The notes beneath the pieces are model-generated. The model had not been told where the DNA came from. It saw only the letters and a list, made by a program, of their open reading frames with translations, and ran no database searches. Shown in pieces: positions 61,801-64,000 of a stretch of 64,000 nt of DNA. The translations under genes were made by a program, and so were the position numbers. Origin of the DNA: Squalus acanthias (Eukaryota); NCBI GenBank assembly GCA_030390025.1, contig CM059432.1:135410001-135474000 (forward strand). Reading direction: 5' to 3'. Position 1 is the stretch's first letter, and every line of letters starts with the position of its first letter.

Positions 61801-64000
61801 ACTTTTAAACAATGTAATAACAAAGTTGTAGCATTTAGGGCATGCAAGTATCTGTGGAACACACATTAGTGCTGTTTTGATATTAGCCCAGTAGGTGGCA
61901 TTACATATACATAAATAGTTTCAACTGAGTTTTACAGAAGCTTTTCTGGTAACATGGCTTGCAATTTATTTAAATATTCACAGCTTTCCATTTTTTTTTT
62001 TTAAAAACAGCATTTTAAGTTATTTTTGTTCAAACATTTAGACAACTGGGAAGATGAATTGGGTTTAAAACATTTCTTCCAGAAATGAAGCCAAGCTATA
62101 CAACCCCGAGCTTCAAATGGTATAATTTTTGTTTCAAAAATATTAACGTTAATACACACTGGTAAGTATGAACAACTGATTTTCACCACAAGCCCTAGTA
62201 GCCCATAACTGTGGCCCAGATTTAGCTGGGACTAGTGTGAAAAAGAGCACATTCATGACAGATTTATTTATTAAAAGAGTTGCCAGCTCCTTAACAGACA
62301 AACTTGCTTTAAATAACCTCTCACATCTTCAGGACATTCTCAAGTGCTTCACTAGGACATCCCAAAGCACTGTGTGATATTAACTAATGTGAACCTTAAT
62401 AGCCGTGGAATGCAAAAATTACTAACCAAATATTTCAAAACAAAAGTTAACCTTACAATATCCTCCATCAGTCACACAACTGTGCTACCATGACTAAATA
62501 CATCGCAAACATTTGTAATATTAAATTATATTCTTTTGCAGCACAAATAAGGCAGCTTTCAAATCGGTGAGGTACAAAAAATTGTCAATTCACCATCAGG
62601 GGTAATCCTTTGAGACTGCAGAACATTTCTGTTGCTTATTACAAAATTATGAGCTAATAAATTTTTTATTGATTCTGTACTTTCCTGTCACCCTACTTTG
62701 TAACCCTCATCTTTCAAAATTTGCCAATGAATAAAATACATGCATGTTGAAAGCTGAATAAAAGTATTCTAGTACAGTAAGACAAGGCTTCGGGTTCAAG
62801 TAATTTCTATAAAGCCATGAGGGTTTGAGACAACATCTGAATCCTTCAAGTGTAACTCCATTCCAGCCAAAACTATAATTCTATATGCAGTAAACAGACA
62901 CCTGTTACATTGGGCAAATTTTACTCAGTCTCTATCCACGTTAAAAATTGTAATCAGCACCAATTTTAATGTGGGGTCATTTTACATTAATTTCTGCAAT
63001 TTGGATCATATTTCTCAATAGTTTATAAAGTAGGTATCTTTTCCTTTACTAATGATATTATCTTACAGCCAAAAATGACTAAATGCTCACATTTCCATTT
63101 CTTAAGTGGCTCCAATTCAATCGCCGTAACTGAATGCAAACCGATTAACTTTTTACTCTCCATTTAGAAACTCAGTATGCTATATGTTCAGATATACACA
63201 GTGACTTCATAATGTCAGCCTCTAATTAACATTGTTTGCTGATGCTTTTAAAAAAAAACCTGAATGCATGCTGGAAGAGGTTTAGTTTATAAGTTACAAA
63301 TTTAATTAAAGCTCCATTTTAGCAGATATGCCAAACAAAATACTTATACAAAATCTTAGATTGCTCAGCTTCCGCAGAAGCTTGGTTAATTATGGCCACA
63401 CTTTCTCCATCTTCTTCCTGTGTCTTGCGGTAGGTATTTTCTGACGAAAACATTAGTTACGGGCTTTTTCTTGATTTTCTTTTTGTTGTGTCCAAAATTA
63501 TTTGTAATTGATAAATAACTTCATGAACTTAAAACCCTTTTAAGAATGCATACTTTAGTAGCTGAAAATAGCTTTATCTATTTTTTTTTTAATTGAAAAA
63601 CCATAACAAGTTAAGCAACTTGATTAAACTGAATCAGGTATGAGGAAAATCAATGAACTATATTAAATCTAATCCTACTACAGATACGTTAGGTCTCCTT
63701 CTATTCCTGTCCACGTACAGGACTCTGCCATTTACTCCATATAGTAATTCTCAAACGGTATGGATATGCAGCACTAACTAACTTCTGATCAAAAGATTTT
63801 CCTAAAATACACAATTAAACACTAACAAAATTCCAGTTATTTATCAACAGCTGCATATATTAGCTGCATTCAGATAGTAATATCAGGTCACACATTAATG
63901 AGCAGGTTAATGGTTTACTTGCACTGTGATTCAAAAGGGAACTCACATCTTCCTTCTGCGCTATTTGTGCAGAACAAATCCATAAAAGAAAAACTATGGA

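Larger units (their letters stand above)
1..64000 (-). other. ATP9B: ATP9B transcription unit (partial): window is three small exons plus four large introns
   Basis: I did not find the expected upstream exon (…TDQLDGETDWKL…) or downstream exon (VGLLDLELN…) in the window, so both ends are inferred to be intronic. Confidence 0.75.

Noticed and set aside
63330..63440. Possible minus-strand exon (ttttcgtcag|…NTYRKTQEEDGESVAIINQASAEAEQSK)
   Set aside because: There is no convincing donor, no similarity to ATP9B or any protein I recognise, and only a short pyrimidine tract.

Overview
This is eukaryotic, repeat-rich genomic DNA, almost certainly from a cartilaginous fish (shark-type HE1 V-SINE, SacSINE1-like Deu-SINEs, CR1/L2 LINE families). 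The window lies inside the P4-ATPase lipid flippase gene ATP9B on the minus strand. Three internal coding exons are visible (36833-36913, 26263-26338, 15675-15751). They have canonical GT-AG sites and splice in frame to [78 protein letters not shown]. Nearly all long ORFs in the track are decayed retrotransposon fragments or their antisense shadows. Notable structure includes a 1.9-kb fold-back Penelope-like element with a 7-bp TSD, GIY-YIG remnants and two decayed hammerhead ribozymes. Inverted CR1 pairs bracket ATP9B exons (circRNA-type architecture). Also present are a candidate 34-nt poison exon, a Vingi LINE with TSD in a multi-layer nest, an inverted duplication of flanking DNA inside an L2 element, a 22-bp micro-inversion, a Harbinger-type MITE and a pre-miRNA-like hairpin. 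I found no evidence for a wholly new protein-coding system. Family names come from recalled motifs, and identities and most TE boundaries are by-eye estimates.
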